Origin: Vulcanimicrobiota bacterium
GTDB lineage: Bacteria > Vulcanimicrobiota > Vulcanimicrobiia > Vulcanimicrobiales > Vulcanimicrobiaceae
NCBI GenBank assembly: GCA_963812155.1
Contig: CAWETW010000002.1
Span: 384,001 to 448,000, forward strand
Length of the DNA: 64,000 nucleotides
Direction of reading: 5' to 3'
Made by a program: the position numbers and the translations under genes. The notes below the pieces were generated by a model. That model had not been told where the DNA came from, ran no database searches, and saw only the letters and a program-made list of their open reading frames with translations. Position 1 is the first letter of the stretch, and every line of letters starts with the position of its first letter. Positions 41,637 to 52,586 of this stretch are shown piece after piece.

Positions 41637-42439
41637 GCGGACGGCTCGCCTGCGAGCCGGAGATACGAGCTCCGCGCGCGCTCCCACTCCCCGCTCGCGA
41701 GCGCGCGCTCCGCATACGTACCGGCGACGAACGCGGATGCGACGTCATCGAACGGGGCAACGAGCCTGCCGTCCTCCGTGCGCAGCGTCCGGCGCAGATC
41801 CCCGACGGTTGCGCTGCGGTCGTCGCTCACGACGCCGCGTGCGGAAAGCGACGCTAACGCGGCAGCAAACAGCCCTGCCGACGCGCGCGCGTAGTCGCCG
41901 TCGCGAGCCCACGCGCACGCCGCCGCATAGAGCTCGGATGCGTCGCGCGGCGTTTCAATCCGCAGCGCGCGACCCGCAGCGCGCCGTTCGATCGCCAAGC
42001 CGGAGAGCAAACGAAACGCCACGACGAGCAGTACGAGTGCGACCAGCGCCATCAACGCGTCGCCGGCGACCACCGCGCCCCGCGTGCTCAAGTGCACGCG
42101 TCCGAACGCGGCGCGCCAGAGATCGTTCCAGCGGTCGCGCACCCATTGCCAGAACTCCAGCCACAGCGACGGGCGCGCCACCGCCGCGCGTTCGGCTGCA
42201 AGCCGATAGCGTCCGCGGATCGAGAGTTCGGCGGCCACCAAACGTTTGAGATCGGCCGGCGGTTGCGCGCCGGCGTTGGACTGGAGCGCGTGCGGCGAAC
42301 GGTGGCTGGCGGCGGCCCATCGCGCCACCAGCGCGCTGCGTGTCGGCTCGTCATTCGCCGGCGCGCGCGCCGGCAGCAGCACCGCCGCCGCGCACGCTGC
42401 GGCGGCAGCGGCGGCGTGGCGGCAGCGTTGCGATATCAC
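41633..42439 (-). CDS. DUF4129-like membrane protein
   Basis: TM helix followed by GDYARA, SATVGD, F....YAER; operon context. Confidence 0.65.
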   Translation of the reverse strand: MISQRCRHAAAAAAACAAAVLLPARAPANDEPTRSALVARWAAASHRSPHALQSNAGAQPPADLKRLVAAELSIRGRYRLAAERAAVARPSLWLEFWQWVRDRWNDLWRAAFGRVHLSTRGAVVAGDALMALVALVLLVVAFRLLSGLAIERRAAGRALRIETPRDASELYAAACAWARDGDYARASAGLFAAALASLSARGVVSDDRSATVGDLRRTLRTEDGRLVAPFDDVASAFVAGTYAERALASGEWERARSSYLRLAGEPSA

Positions 42440-43371
42440 GCGACGGCGGGAGTCGCAGCGATGCGTTCGATCTCCGCTTCGAGATCGTAACCCTCTCGCC
42501 GGATACGGACGTCGAAATAGTAGACGCCGACGAGGACGATCGAAAACGGAGCGATCGCCGCGCGCAATAGCGCCGAGACGATGACCTCAACGGCCACGGC
42601 GTGCGCGAACAGCGCGAGGAGCGCCACCGCCGACACCACCATCGATCCACCAAAGATCACGGCGAACGCTGCGAGCGCAAACACCAGCGCTCTCCCGAGT
42701 TCTTTGCGGGCAAAAACCCGGCCGAATCCCGACGCGATCGCTGCCATCGGACCGGCGTTTTCGATCGCGACGGCATTCATGGCGAAAGCGAGCGCGATGA
42801 AGACCAGTGCGAGCGCGAGCAGAAACGCCAACGCCAGCAGCAGCAGCACGACGAAGGCGACGATCGCCAGCACGATCGACGCCCGCGCCAGCAGCGCCGC
42901 GACGACGCCCGCCGCTACCAGCACGATGAAAAATGCGACGTACCACGCGACGAAGACGGCCACCGCAACGAGTTGCGTGAGTAGAATCGCGCCCCAGTGC
43001 GGCAGCACGCTGCGATAACACGCGCCGAACTCGACGGGACGGCCTCCGTAGAGCCGCGCGACGCCGAAGGCGACCGCAACGAAGACGAACGGCCAGAGCG
43101 CGTAGTACAACAGCGCGACGGCCACAATCGCCGCAATCTCACCGGGCGATGAAAACAGGCTCGCCAGCGCCGGCTGCGGCGCGTTCGGATGCGTAAAGAC
43201 GCGAATCATCTGATCGAACTGCGCCAACTGGCTTGAATCTAAAACGTATTGAATCACGGCCAACGGCACGATCAACACGAGTACGATAGCGAGGAACGGC
43301 CAAAAGTTACGGACGTACAGCGTAATGGCCCGGTCGAAAATCTCGCCGAAGCCGAGCGGGCGCAGGTCCAT
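42436..43371 (-). CDS. Multi-pass membrane protein of the MoxR cluster
   Basis: LRPLGFGEIFDRAITLY at the N-terminus; YYFDVRIRREGYDLE at the C-terminus. Confidence 0.8.
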   Translation of the reverse strand: MDLRPLGFGEIFDRAITLYVRNFWPFLAIVLVLIVPLAVIQYVLDSSQLAQFDQMIRVFTHPNAPQPALASLFSSPGEIAAIVAVALLYYALWPFVFVAVAFGVARLYGGRPVEFGACYRSVLPHWGAILLTQLVAVAVFVAWYVAFFIVLVAAGVVAALLARASIVLAIVAFVVLLLLALAFLLALALVFIALAFAMNAVAIENAGPMAAIASGFGRVFARKELGRALVFALAAFAVIFGGSMVVSAVALLALFAHAVAVEVIVSALLRAAIAPFSIVLVGVYYFDVRIRREGYDLEAEIERIAATPAVA

Positions 43372-43424
43372 CGCGCGGCACTTCCGGCAGGGGCGGCCAA
43401 AAACCCCCGGGTAAAAGGAGCAAC

Positions 43425-44054
43425 GTGGTCATCGGAACGCTCGCCGCCATCTGGCGATACCCGGTGAAAAGCCTGCGCGGCGAATCGCTGACCGGCGCCG
43501 AGGTCACCGGTTCCGGGATCGCGGGCGATCGCACCGCCGCACTTTTCGTCACGCGCGGTCACGCGCGCGCTGGGAAACCGTATCGCGGCAAAGAGCACGA
43601 CCGGCTGCATCTCACCGCGGATACCGAGGAAGCGCGCGCCCTCGGCGCCGCGCGCGGCGTCGAGCTCGAGCGGCACAACGACGGGCGATTTTTCGATACC
43701 GCGCCGATCTCGCTTATCGTGGATCGTTGGCTCGAGGAGTTGGCCGCGTTGCTCGGCCGGCCGGTCGAGCCCGAACGCTTCCGGCCGAATTTTCTCGTGC
43801 GCGCCGATGCCGCGTTCGACGCCGGAGAAGCGGCGCTCACCGGCACGCACCTGCAGCTTGGAGACGTGCGCCTGCGCGTCCTCAAGCCGATCGAACGCTG
43901 CGTCGTCACGACCTACGATCCGCGCGGGGGCTCGTCGGATCCCAACGTGCTGCGCCTCGTCACTCAGAAGCGCAACACGTGGATGGGAATTCTATGCGAC
44001 GTCGTGCATCCGGCAACGGTGCGCGTCGGCGACACGCTCCTCTCCTCGCCGTAG
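43425..44054 (+). CDS. MOSC domain protein
   Basis: IWRYPVKSLRGE, GDR, RFRPN, ERCVVTT. Confidence 0.92.
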   Translation: MVIGTLAAIWRYPVKSLRGESLTGAEVTGSGIAGDRTAALFVTRGHARAGKPYRGKEHDRLHLTADTEEARALGAARGVELERHNDGRFFDTAPISLIVDRWLEELAALLGRPVEPERFRPNFLVRADAAFDAGEAALTGTHLQLGDVRLRVLKPIERCVVTTYDPRGGSSDPNVLRLVTQKRNTWMGILCDVVHPATVRVGDTLLSSP

Positions 44055-44080
44055 CCCCGATTCGGGGCACTCTCGCGCTC

Positions 44081-44734
44081 GTGGAATCGCAGCGCGGATT
44101 TAGCCTCGTCGAAACGATCGTCGCGGCGGCCATCGCACTGTCGCTCGCGCTGCAGCTGCTTGCGATGACGCACGCAACCGCGCTCGGAGCGCGCCGGCTC
44201 GACGGCCGGCTGCGGGCGCGCGGCTCCGCCGACCGGCTCGAAGAACGTCTCGTCGCAGACGCTGCGACTGCCTGGTCCGTCTTCGTTCCGGACGCCGGCG
44301 TCGACGGCCGGCCGAACGTCGACGGACACGAACTCGACTTCGTCACCGAGGACGGGTCGCACGTTGCGTCGTGGTGGGCATACGCGTTCGACGCCGTCTC
44401 CGGACGCGTAACGCGCTATGCCTACGTTCCGGGTAAAACGGCCGTGGCCGGTGAGTCCTACGATCATCTCACCGGCTTGCGCGCGCAGGCGCACCCGGTT
44501 GCCGACGTCGGAAAACGCTCGAGCGGCGTCTACGATCCACTCTTCGCGCGGGCCTCCGCAACCGACGTCGAGGTGGATTTCGGATGGAATCCGGCGGCCA
44601 CCGGCGGCAATCGCGTCGTGGCGGTGCGTCTGACCGGCGACGGCGTCGACCGCACGCTGATGCTGTCGCCCGCGACGGCGCCCAGCCGCTTCACCGTCGT
44701 CGTGAAGTACACGCCGGCTCCGGCATCGCGTTGA
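44081..44734 (+). CDS. Prepilin-type N-terminal cleavage/methylation protein
   Basis: QRG|FSLVE followed by a hydrophobic helix. Confidence 0.8.
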   Translation: MESQRGFSLVETIVAAAIALSLALQLLAMTHATALGARRLDGRLRARGSADRLEERLVADAATAWSVFVPDAGVDGRPNVDGHELDFVTEDGSHVASWWAYAFDAVSGRVTRYAYVPGKTAVAGESYDHLTGLRAQAHPVADVGKRSSGVYDPLFARASATDVEVDFGWNPAATGGNRVVAVRLTGDGVDRTLMLSPATAPSRFTVVVKYTPAPASR

Positions 44735-44766
44735 ATGCGTCCGGCTCCGCTCGGCACGACGTGGTG

Positions 44767-45375
44767 TTAGAGCGTCGTGCGGCCTTCGAACGCTTTCGCC
44801 AGCGTGATTTCATCGGCGTAATCCAGGTCGCCGCCGATCGGCAAACCGTAGGCGAGGCGAGTCACCACGACGCCCAGCGGCGAGATGAGGCGCGACAAGT
44901 AGAGTGCGGTCGCTTCGCCCTCGGCATTCGGATTGGTCGCCAAAATGATTTCGCGCGGCTCTTCGCGACCGATGCGCTCGATCAATTCCTTGACGCGCAG
45001 CTGAGCCGGGCCGATGCCGTCCATCGGCGATATCAAACCGCCGAGCACGTGATACCGTCCCTTGAACGCGCCCGTGCGCTCGACCGCGTAGACATCTTTC
45101 GCTTCGGCGACGACGCAAACGGCGCTCGCGTCGCGGCGCTCGTCGTTGCAGATCGGGCACGGATCGTTTTCGGTCAGCGAAAAGCACACCGAACAGAAAC
45201 GCACGCGATCTTTCACGGCGACGATGGCTTCTGCGAGCGCTTGCGCTTCGTGACGCGGACGGTTGAGCAAATAGAAGACCAGCCGTGCGGCGGTCTTCGG
45301 GCCGATGGTGGGAAGCTTGCTGAACTCGTTGATGAGGGCCGCGACCGGGCCGGCAATGGAACCGGAACTCGGCAT
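44767..45375 (-). CDS. recR: Recombination mediator RecR
   Basis: LPTIGPKTAARL, C4 zinc finger, YHVLGGLISPMDG, ATNPNAEGEATA. Confidence 0.97.
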   Translation of the reverse strand: MPSSGSIAGPVAALINEFSKLPTIGPKTAARLVFYLLNRPRHEAQALAEAIVAVKDRVRFCSVCFSLTENDPCPICNDERRDASAVCVVAEAKDVYAVERTGAFKGRYHVLGGLISPMDGIGPAQLRVKELIERIGREEPREIILATNPNAEGEATALYLSRLISPLGVVVTRLAYGLPIGGDLDYADEITLAKAFEGRTTL

Positions 45376-45383
45376 TCCGGAGG

Positions 45384-45688
45384 TTACGAAAATCCCGGGA
45401 TGCGCATGCCGCCGGTCAGCGAGGCCATTCGCTTTTGCGACGTCTCGGTCGATTTCGAGAGCGCGTCGTTCATCGCGACGACGACCAAGTCTTCGAGCGT
45501 TTCGAGATCGTCGGGGTCGACGGCGTCTTTCGCGATGCGCACCGACTTCACGCGCTGATCGCACGTCGCTTCCACCGTCACCAGACCGCCCGCGGCGGTG
45601 CCGGTCACAAGCGTCGTGGCGAGTTCTTCCTGCGCCTTCGTCATTTCGGCTTGCATCTTTTTGACTTGCGCCATCAGTTGAGCTTGAT

Positions 45689-45692
<4 letters not shown>
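45384..45692 (-). CDS. ybaB: YbaB/EbfC nucleoid-associated protein
   Basis: GTAAGGLVTV, DPDDLETLEDLV; lies between dnaX and recR. Confidence 0.95.
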
Positions 45693-47275
<1,583 letters not shown>

Positions 47276-47329
47276 ACTGCAATCTTACGAGGAGGGTTTG
47301 GGCGAGCCTGCCGGCGGGTAGGCTGAAAC

Positions 47330-47345
47330 GGTCCGGTTCCGGACG
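47330..47345. promoter_or_regulatory. Palindrome GGTCCGG-TT-CCGGACG, candidate operator
   Basis: Reverse complement differs from 21765-21780 at one terminal base. Confidence 0.35.
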
Positions 47346-47414
47346 GGTTTAGAGAGGTTGGCTGGAGCGCCGCAATAGCGCTTCGGCGTTTCCGGTTACG
47401 AAGGGAACCGTCCA

Positions 47415-49061
47415 TTGGCTTTTGGAGACCTGCGCGCGGCCTTGCGGAAACACTTCGGTTTCGAAGCGTTCTATCCGGGCCAAGAAGAGGTCATTTCGCG
47501 CGTCCTGCAAGAGCAGGATACATTGGCTATTCTTGCCACCGGCGCGGGCAAGAGCCTCACGTATCAGCTGTCGGCGCTGTTGCTCGAAGGCACCACCGTC
47601 GTCGTCAGCCCCTTGATTGCGTTGATGAAAGATCAGCTCGACGTTCTGCGCGAGCGCGGCATTCGCGGTGCGATTGCATTGAACTCGACGCTATCGGAAG
47701 AACAGGAAGCGCGTGCGCGCGAACGGATAGCGTCCGGTAAGATCAAGATCGCGTACACGACGCCCGAAAAGCTCGAAGACGAAAGCTTTTTGCGCCTCCT
47801 CCAGTCGATCCAAGTCCCGCTTTTCGTCGTCGACGAAGCGCACTGCATCAGTCAATGGGGACACGATTTTCGCCCGGCGTATCTCGCGCTCGGCGGCGCC
47901 ATCAACAAGTTGGGCAAGCCGACGGTGCTGGCCCTCACCGCCACCGCGACGCCGTCGGTACGCGAAGATATTCTGCATCAACTCGGCATCGAGCACGTGA
48001 AGCCGATCGTCCGCGGCTTCGATCGTCCGAATCTCGTCTACGAGGCCTGCAAGGCGCACAAGGCCGTCGACAAGATGAAGATTCTCACGTCGCTCTTCAC
48101 CGGTCCCAACGCCCTCGAAGGCACCGGCATCATTTACACGGCGACGATCAAAAACGCGCTCGAGGTTCAACACCACCTGACGCACGAGCTCAACGTGCCC
48201 GCGGCCGTCTATCACTCGAAACTGCATAAAGAAGACCGCACGTCGGTGCAAAATCTCTTCATGAGTGAAGCGATTCGCGCGGTCGTCGCGACCAATGCGT
48301 TCGGACTGGGCATCGATAAATCGAACATTCGTTTCGTCGTGCACTACGACCTCACGGGTTCGCTCGAAGCCTATACGCAAGAAGCCGGTCGCGCCGGAAG
48401 AGACGGGCTGCCGTCGCGCTGCATTCTGATCTATCGCATGAGCGACACGCGCGTGCAAAGTTACTTCTTGACGGGAAAGTATCCCGACATCGAAGAGGTG
48501 CAGCGCGTCTTCGGGACGATCGAGGTGTTCGGCGATCAAGCCGACGGCGTTTCGATGGCCGATCTGCGCAAGATCCTGCAGCTTCCGCTCACCAAGCTGC
48601 GCGTAATTCTCGCGCTGCTCAAGAAATCGGGCTATCTCGAAATCGTCAAAAAATCGGCGTACGGTTTGACCGAAGCGGTGCGCAAGAACCGCGAACTCGT
48701 GTTGAGCCTAGCCAACTACGAGACGAAAAAATCATACGACCAGAGCAAACTCGCGATGATGCTGCAGTACGCGGAGACGACCTCGTGCCGCCGGCGATTC
48801 ATTCTCAACTATTTCGGCGAAGACTTCGACCGTTCGAACTGCGGTGCGTGCGACAACTGCCTGCGAGCGGCCGTTGGGAGGGTCGACGAGGGAGCGGCCA
48901 CCGGAGGGTTCAAAATCTCCGACGTGGTGCAGCACCCCAAGTTCGGCATGGGAACGGTGGAACGCGCGGAGCGGGATTTGGTGACGGTGCTCTTTCCGAG
49001 CTGCGGCTACAAGACGCTGCTGGCATCGGCCGTCCACCGCTCCGGCAAAATTGCTTCCTAG
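47415..49061 (+). CDS. recQ: RecQ family ATP-dependent DNA helicase
   Basis: TGAGKS, VDEAHCISQWGHDFRP, ALTATA, QEAGRAGRDG, CRR...CGACDNC. Confidence 0.93.
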   Translation: MAFGDLRAALRKHFGFEAFYPGQEEVISRVLQEQDTLAILATGAGKSLTYQLSALLLEGTTVVVSPLIALMKDQLDVLRERGIRGAIALNSTLSEEQEARARERIASGKIKIAYTTPEKLEDESFLRLLQSIQVPLFVVDEAHCISQWGHDFRPAYLALGGAINKLGKPTVLALTATATPSVREDILHQLGIEHVKPIVRGFDRPNLVYEACKAHKAVDKMKILTSLFTGPNALEGTGIIYTATIKNALEVQHHLTHELNVPAAVYHSKLHKEDRTSVQNLFMSEAIRAVVATNAFGLGIDKSNIRFVVHYDLTGSLEAYTQEAGRAGRDGLPSRCILIYRMSDTRVQSYFLTGKYPDIEEVQRVFGTIEVFGDQADGVSMADLRKILQLPLTKLRVILALLKKSGYLEIVKKSAYGLTEAVRKNRELVLSLANYETKKSYDQSKLAMMLQYAETTSCRRRFILNYFGEDFDRSNCGACDNCLRAAVGRVDEGAATGGFKISDVVQHPKFGMGTVERAERDLVTVLFPSCGYKTLLASAVHRSGKIAS

Positions 49062-50700
49062 CGAGACCGTCTCTCGCTCCTTCGCGGCGCTGACGCTGCT
49101 GGCGGCGTGCCTGACGGCTCCCGCCCCGGCGCAGACGCCCGCGTCTCCTACGCCCTCGCCGGCCGCGGCCCCGTCTCCCGGCGCATCGACGTCACCGGCC
49201 GCCTCGACCTCTCCCTCCCTTCCCGGAACGGCGTCGCCGACGCCGCCGCCGATTACGGTCGAGCCGGCGAGCGCGACGGTTCCGGTGGGTGGTTCGGCCC
49301 GCGTCGTGGTCGGGTCGGCAATCGCGCCGATTACCGTCGTCGCGCGCGACCCCGCGGTCGTCGAGGCGGCGGTCGATCAATCGTCGTCGGCGATTGCGCT
49401 CTCGGGAAAGAAGCCGGGAACGACCGTCGTCACGGTCTCCGACGCGCGCGGCCTCACGCGCGACGTCCAGGTGCGCGTCGCATACTATGCCGGAAGCACG
49501 GCCGCACAGACGACGCTCTCGATCACCGGCGATCCCGCATCGGCCGATTTCGTCCGCCAAGAGGTCGTGGCCGCGGTCGTTCGCGCGACCCAAGCGCGTC
49601 CGGGCGCACAGGTCGTCGTCTCCGCCGACGACGTCCGGTTCGCGGGCACGCTCGCGCAGGATCGCGTCGCCGCCGTCAACGTTCCGGTGCTCGTTCAAGG
49701 AACGGATTACATCGAAGTCGATGCGACGACGCGCGTCGACGTCCGCAACGTCGCCGCACCGCGCATTTCGCCCGGTTCCCTCATGGTGAGCGACTATCCC
49801 GAACGGCTCGAGGAAAACGGAACGCTCTTCACCGCGGATCTGCGCAGCGAACAGCCTTCGCGCTTTCTCTATTTTCATTACAATCCGCCGGGTCAGCCGA
49901 CGCGGCGCGTCGTTCTGCGCGTCGACAACACGTCGCCCGAGCCGGCAAACGTGCAGTTCATCAGCGGACTCGGCGGTCCGACTGCCAACGAAATGGAGGC
50001 GGGACACACGGCGACGCGCGCCTTCTTGATCAACGTCGTGCAGAATCAGGGACGGCTGATCACGATTCCCGGAAACTCGTCGCTGAACATCTCCCAACAG
50101 AGTCTCCCGCCGGGGACGATCGTATGCAACCTGCTGCAGCTGCGCGCCCTCTCGGGAAACGGCAGCGTACATTTGACGCTGACGTCGCAGCCCGCCGAGG
50201 GCGATGTCGCCGTCGCAGCCGGCGGAGCGCTGTTGGAAGCCGAGCACAAGCACGCGCGCGGCATCTATCCGATCCCGGAGTTTTACTACGCGGCGCAGTG
50301 GAACGTCAACGACGACTACCTCGAGGTTCCCATCGGTCAGATTCCGCTGCCCAACGATCTCCAAGGCCAAGCATTGGCGGGAGATTACGGCGTGCTGCAG
50401 TCGTTCGTGGTCACTTTACACAATCCAGGCTCGACGCCGCAGGCGGTCGCCATCTACGAAAACCCGCGCGGCGGACGCGCGACCGGAACCTACATCATCG
50501 ACGGCGTCCTCGTGCAGTCGCATCAGGTCACCGCGTTTTCACGCTACAAGATTCGGCAGTACCTCATCCCGGCGCGCGGATTCGTGCGCGTCACGATCGT
50601 GACGATGCCCGAGGCCGGCTCGAGCTACCCGCTGCGGTTGATCTTCGCACCGGACGACGGCAGCGTCGCGCCGGGAGCGCCCGGTTCGCCGGTGTATTAG
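49051..50700 (+). CDS. Secreted hypothetical protein with Ig-like/pilus-assembly-type N-terminal domain
   Basis: Signal peptide, Pro/Ser linker, LSGKKPGTTVVTV; C-terminal SDYPE and GDYGV motifs. Confidence 0.65.
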   Translation: MLPSETVSRSFAALTLLAACLTAPAPAQTPASPTPSPAAAPSPGASTSPAASTSPSLPGTASPTPPPITVEPASATVPVGGSARVVVGSAIAPITVVARDPAVVEAAVDQSSSAIALSGKKPGTTVVTVSDARGLTRDVQVRVAYYAGSTAAQTTLSITGDPASADFVRQEVVAAVVRATQARPGAQVVVSADDVRFAGTLAQDRVAAVNVPVLVQGTDYIEVDATTRVDVRNVAAPRISPGSLMVSDYPERLEENGTLFTADLRSEQPSRFLYFHYNPPGQPTRRVVLRVDNTSPEPANVQFISGLGGPTANEMEAGHTATRAFLINVVQNQGRLITIPGNSSLNISQQSLPPGTIVCNLLQLRALSGNGSVHLTLTSQPAEGDVAVAAGGALLEAEHKHARGIYPIPEFYYAAQWNVNDDYLEVPIGQIPLPNDLQGQALAGDYGVLQSFVVTLHNPGSTPQAVAIYENPRGGRATGTYIIDGVLVQSHQVTAFSRYKIRQYLIPARGFVRVTIVTMPEAGSSYPLRLIFAPDDGSVAPGAPGSPVY

Positions 50701-50706
50701 GGTTCC

Positions 50707-51738
50707 CTAGCCCACGCTTCCGACGCTCGCATAGAGTCCGCGCATGGCGCGCGCACTGGCCGGCCACGAGAGCCGATCGATAGCGGCGGCCCGCACCGAC
50801 GTTGCGCGCGCGTCGTCGTCTCCGCGCATCGCGCGCCGCAACGCGTGCGCCCATTGCGATTCATTTTCCACCGGGACGACCGGGGCGTCGCTCCCGACGA
50901 CTTCCGGCAACGCGCCGCGATCGGAAACGATGCACGGCGTACCGGCGCAGAGCGCTTGAGCGGCGGCATAGCCGAATCCCTCGTAGTGCGAGGGCACGGC
51001 GACGACCGCGCAGCTCGCGTAGAGATCGAGCAGTTCCCGGCGCTCGACGTATCCGCGAAACTCGACGCGATCCGCCACGCCGAGCCGGCGCGCGATCACC
51101 GCGCACTCGTTGCGATACGGCGTGGGCGGACCAACCGAAAGGATACGCGCGCCGGGAAGTTCGGGAAGCAGCCGCACGAGCGCGTCGAGGTTTTTACGCC
51201 GTTCGACAGTTCCGACGATGAGAATCGTGCGTCCGTCTCCGGCGCGCCGCTCCAGCGTGCAGAAATCGTCGGCGACGCCCGGATACACCACGTGCACGCG
51301 CGCCGGGTCGTAGTCGCCGAGCACTCGCAGCAGCTCCCCTCGCGAGAACTCCGAGTCGACCGCGATGCGTGCGACCGTGCGGTAGCGGTCGAGAGAAAAG
51401 CGTCCGAAGTAGTAGCGCGCGTACGCGGGCGCGTGCGCCTGCACGCACAGCCACGCCACGTCGTGTACGGTTGCGACGACCGGTAACGGCGATGCGAACG
51501 GCACCGTGCCGGAGGCGCAGTGCAGCACGGCCGCGTGCGCACGCGCGGCGCGGCGCGGCAACAGCACCTGATCCCACCAGATTCGCCGGTCGAAGCGCCA
51601 CGGATCGAGCGACGGCTCGCAGAGTTTGACGAGTTCGATCTCGGGATCGTCGCGCAGTGCATCAGCCAACCCGCGAACGTATTCGCCGATGCCGGTCGCG
51701 GTGCCGATGGCGAGTTGCGCGTCGAGCGCGACCCTCAA
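50707..51738 (-). CDS. Glycosyltransferase family 4
   Basis: TGIGEY, TVHD, VGTVERRKN, PSHYEGFG, ALPEV. Confidence 0.92.
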   Translation of the reverse strand: MRVALDAQLAIGTATGIGEYVRGLADALRDDPEIELVKLCEPSLDPWRFDRRIWWDQVLLPRRAARAHAAVLHCASGTVPFASPLPVVATVHDVAWLCVQAHAPAYARYYFGRFSLDRYRTVARIAVDSEFSRGELLRVLGDYDPARVHVVYPGVADDFCTLERRAGDGRTILIVGTVERRKNLDALVRLLPELPGARILSVGPPTPYRNECAVIARRLGVADRVEFRGYVERRELLDLYASCAVVAVPSHYEGFGYAAAQALCAGTPCIVSDRGALPEVVGSDAPVVPVENESQWAHALRRAMRGDDDARATSVRAAAIDRLSWPASARAMRGLYASVGSVG

Positions 51739-52586
51739 CGCAGTTCGCGCTCCAGCGCCCGCACCATCAACGCACGCGCGTCGATCCGGCGCGCGCGCTC
51801 GAGATACCGGCGGGCTGCGGGCGCGTCGCCACGCCGGTGCGCGACGACGCCCAAGCCGGCGACTGCGTCGGCGCTCGCCGGATCGGCGGCGGCCGCACGC
51901 GCGAACAGCGACGACGCGTCGTCGAGATCGCCGAGCAGCACGGCTTGATTGGCGGCTACGATCGCATACTTCTCGGAAAGCGGCGCGAGGTCGGTCGCGA
52001 TCCGCATGTCGCGCATCCCGCGGCGCAGCCACGCCATCTGCGCGGGGCTTCCGGACACTTCGCGCCAGGCTTGCCGGTTCGCGAGGTCGCCCATGCGCCA
52101 GGCCGTTTGAGCGATCGCGTCGGGATGCGTCGTCGTCAGCGACAGCCGCAGGTCGAGCGTCCGTTCCAGCGCATACGCCTTCGCGGGGCTGGCCGGCTCC
52201 AACGCTCGCACCGCCAACTGTACCGCATCGACGTCGGGAGCGGCGATAAAATACTCGAGCGCGAGATCGCGGTCGCCTTGCGCCATCGCAAGGCGTGCCA
52301 GCAGTTCGTCGCGCGAAGCCGACGGCGGCAGCCGCAGCGCGTAGTGCAGCGCCTCGCCGTTTCGCCGCGCAGAGAGCGCGTAGGCGGCCAATGTCGCTTC
52401 GACGTAGGGTGCGGGGGCGAGGCGATCGAGCGCGCGATAGACGGCGGCGCCGAATGCGACGGGAACGTGCGACGGCAGCGTGCCGCGCGCCGCCGCCGGG
52501 GCGGCAAACGCGTCCGATGCCAACTGAATCGCGCCGAATGCCGTCAACACCGAAACGGCGGCCGCGATGACGAAGACGCGAGTCAG
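51735..52586 (-). CDS. TPR-like helical membrane-anchored protein
   Basis: N-terminal hydrophobic segment and C-terminal TPR-like helices. Start codon uncertain. Confidence 0.55.
   Translation of the reverse strand: MTRVFVIAAAVSVLTAFGAIQLASDAFAAPAAARGTLPSHVPVAFGAAVYRALDRLAPAPYVEATLAAYALSARRNGEALHYALRLPPSASRDELLARLAMAQGDRDLALEYFIAAPDVDAVQLAVRALEPASPAKAYALERTLDLRLSLTTTHPDAIAQTAWRMGDLANRQAWREVSGSPAQMAWLRRGMRDMRIATDLAPLSEKYAIVAANQAVLLGDLDDASSLFARAAAADPASADAVAGLGVVAHRRGDAPAARRYLERARRIDARALMVRALERELR

Noticed and set aside
47276..47414. SRP RNA (ffs), often found upstream of dnaX
   Set aside because: The conserved SRP domain IV motif (CAGG...GGAAGCAG) is absent on both strands.
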